A stretch of DNA of 64,000 bases from Flaccisagitta enflata (taxonomy: Eukaryota). A program made the position numbers and the translations under genes. The notes below the pieces were generated by a model. The model had not been told where the DNA came from, ran no database searches, and was given only the letters and a program-made list of their open reading frames with translations. Location: positions 5,208,001 through 5,272,000 of the forward strand of contig OZ231126.1 in the NCBI GenBank assembly GCA_965153355.1. The letters are read 5' to 3'. This document shows positions 63,871-64,000 of this stretch, piece by piece; position 1 is the stretch's first letter, and each line of letters opens with the position of its first letter.

Positions 63871-64000
63871 GTAAGCGCAAACGCATCAAGCCAGATTTCA
63901 AACATGGCCCGCCTGTGACGATTGTGGTTTCCAAAGCTTTGGAAATGCCAGTCGGACATATGACCTAAGTGTGCACAAAAACGATATATAAACACATGTG

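Overview
Intron-rich animal (probably invertebrate) genomic DNA, not prokaryotic. It holds seven conserved multi-exon genes: NKIRAS/kappaB-Ras on the minus strand, then GABARAPL2, MMUT, SDHB, ATP6V1G, COQ2 and DNAJA3 (runs off the window) on the plus strand. Two putative orphan genes are nested antisense in introns, and there are many non-autonomous DNA transposons. A young 12.5-kb BEL/Pao LTR retrotransposon (27440-39921, minus strand, 5-bp TSD CCATT) lies 185 bp upstream of the SDHB start codon. Most notable: (1) the BEL/Pao element lacks a canonical tRNA primer-binding site. The 12 nt next to its 5' LTR are perfectly complementary to a 12-mer inside its own LTR, and that 12-mer starts exactly after a strong splice acceptor, suggesting Tf1-like self-priming. 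It also carries a large non-env accessory ORF, 3' introns and two in-frame UGA-CU stops. (2) Six exon/intron boundaries in four host genes are tandemly duplicated into decoy splice sites. All exon coordinates were derived by hand from splice signals and remembered protein homology; no database search was run.
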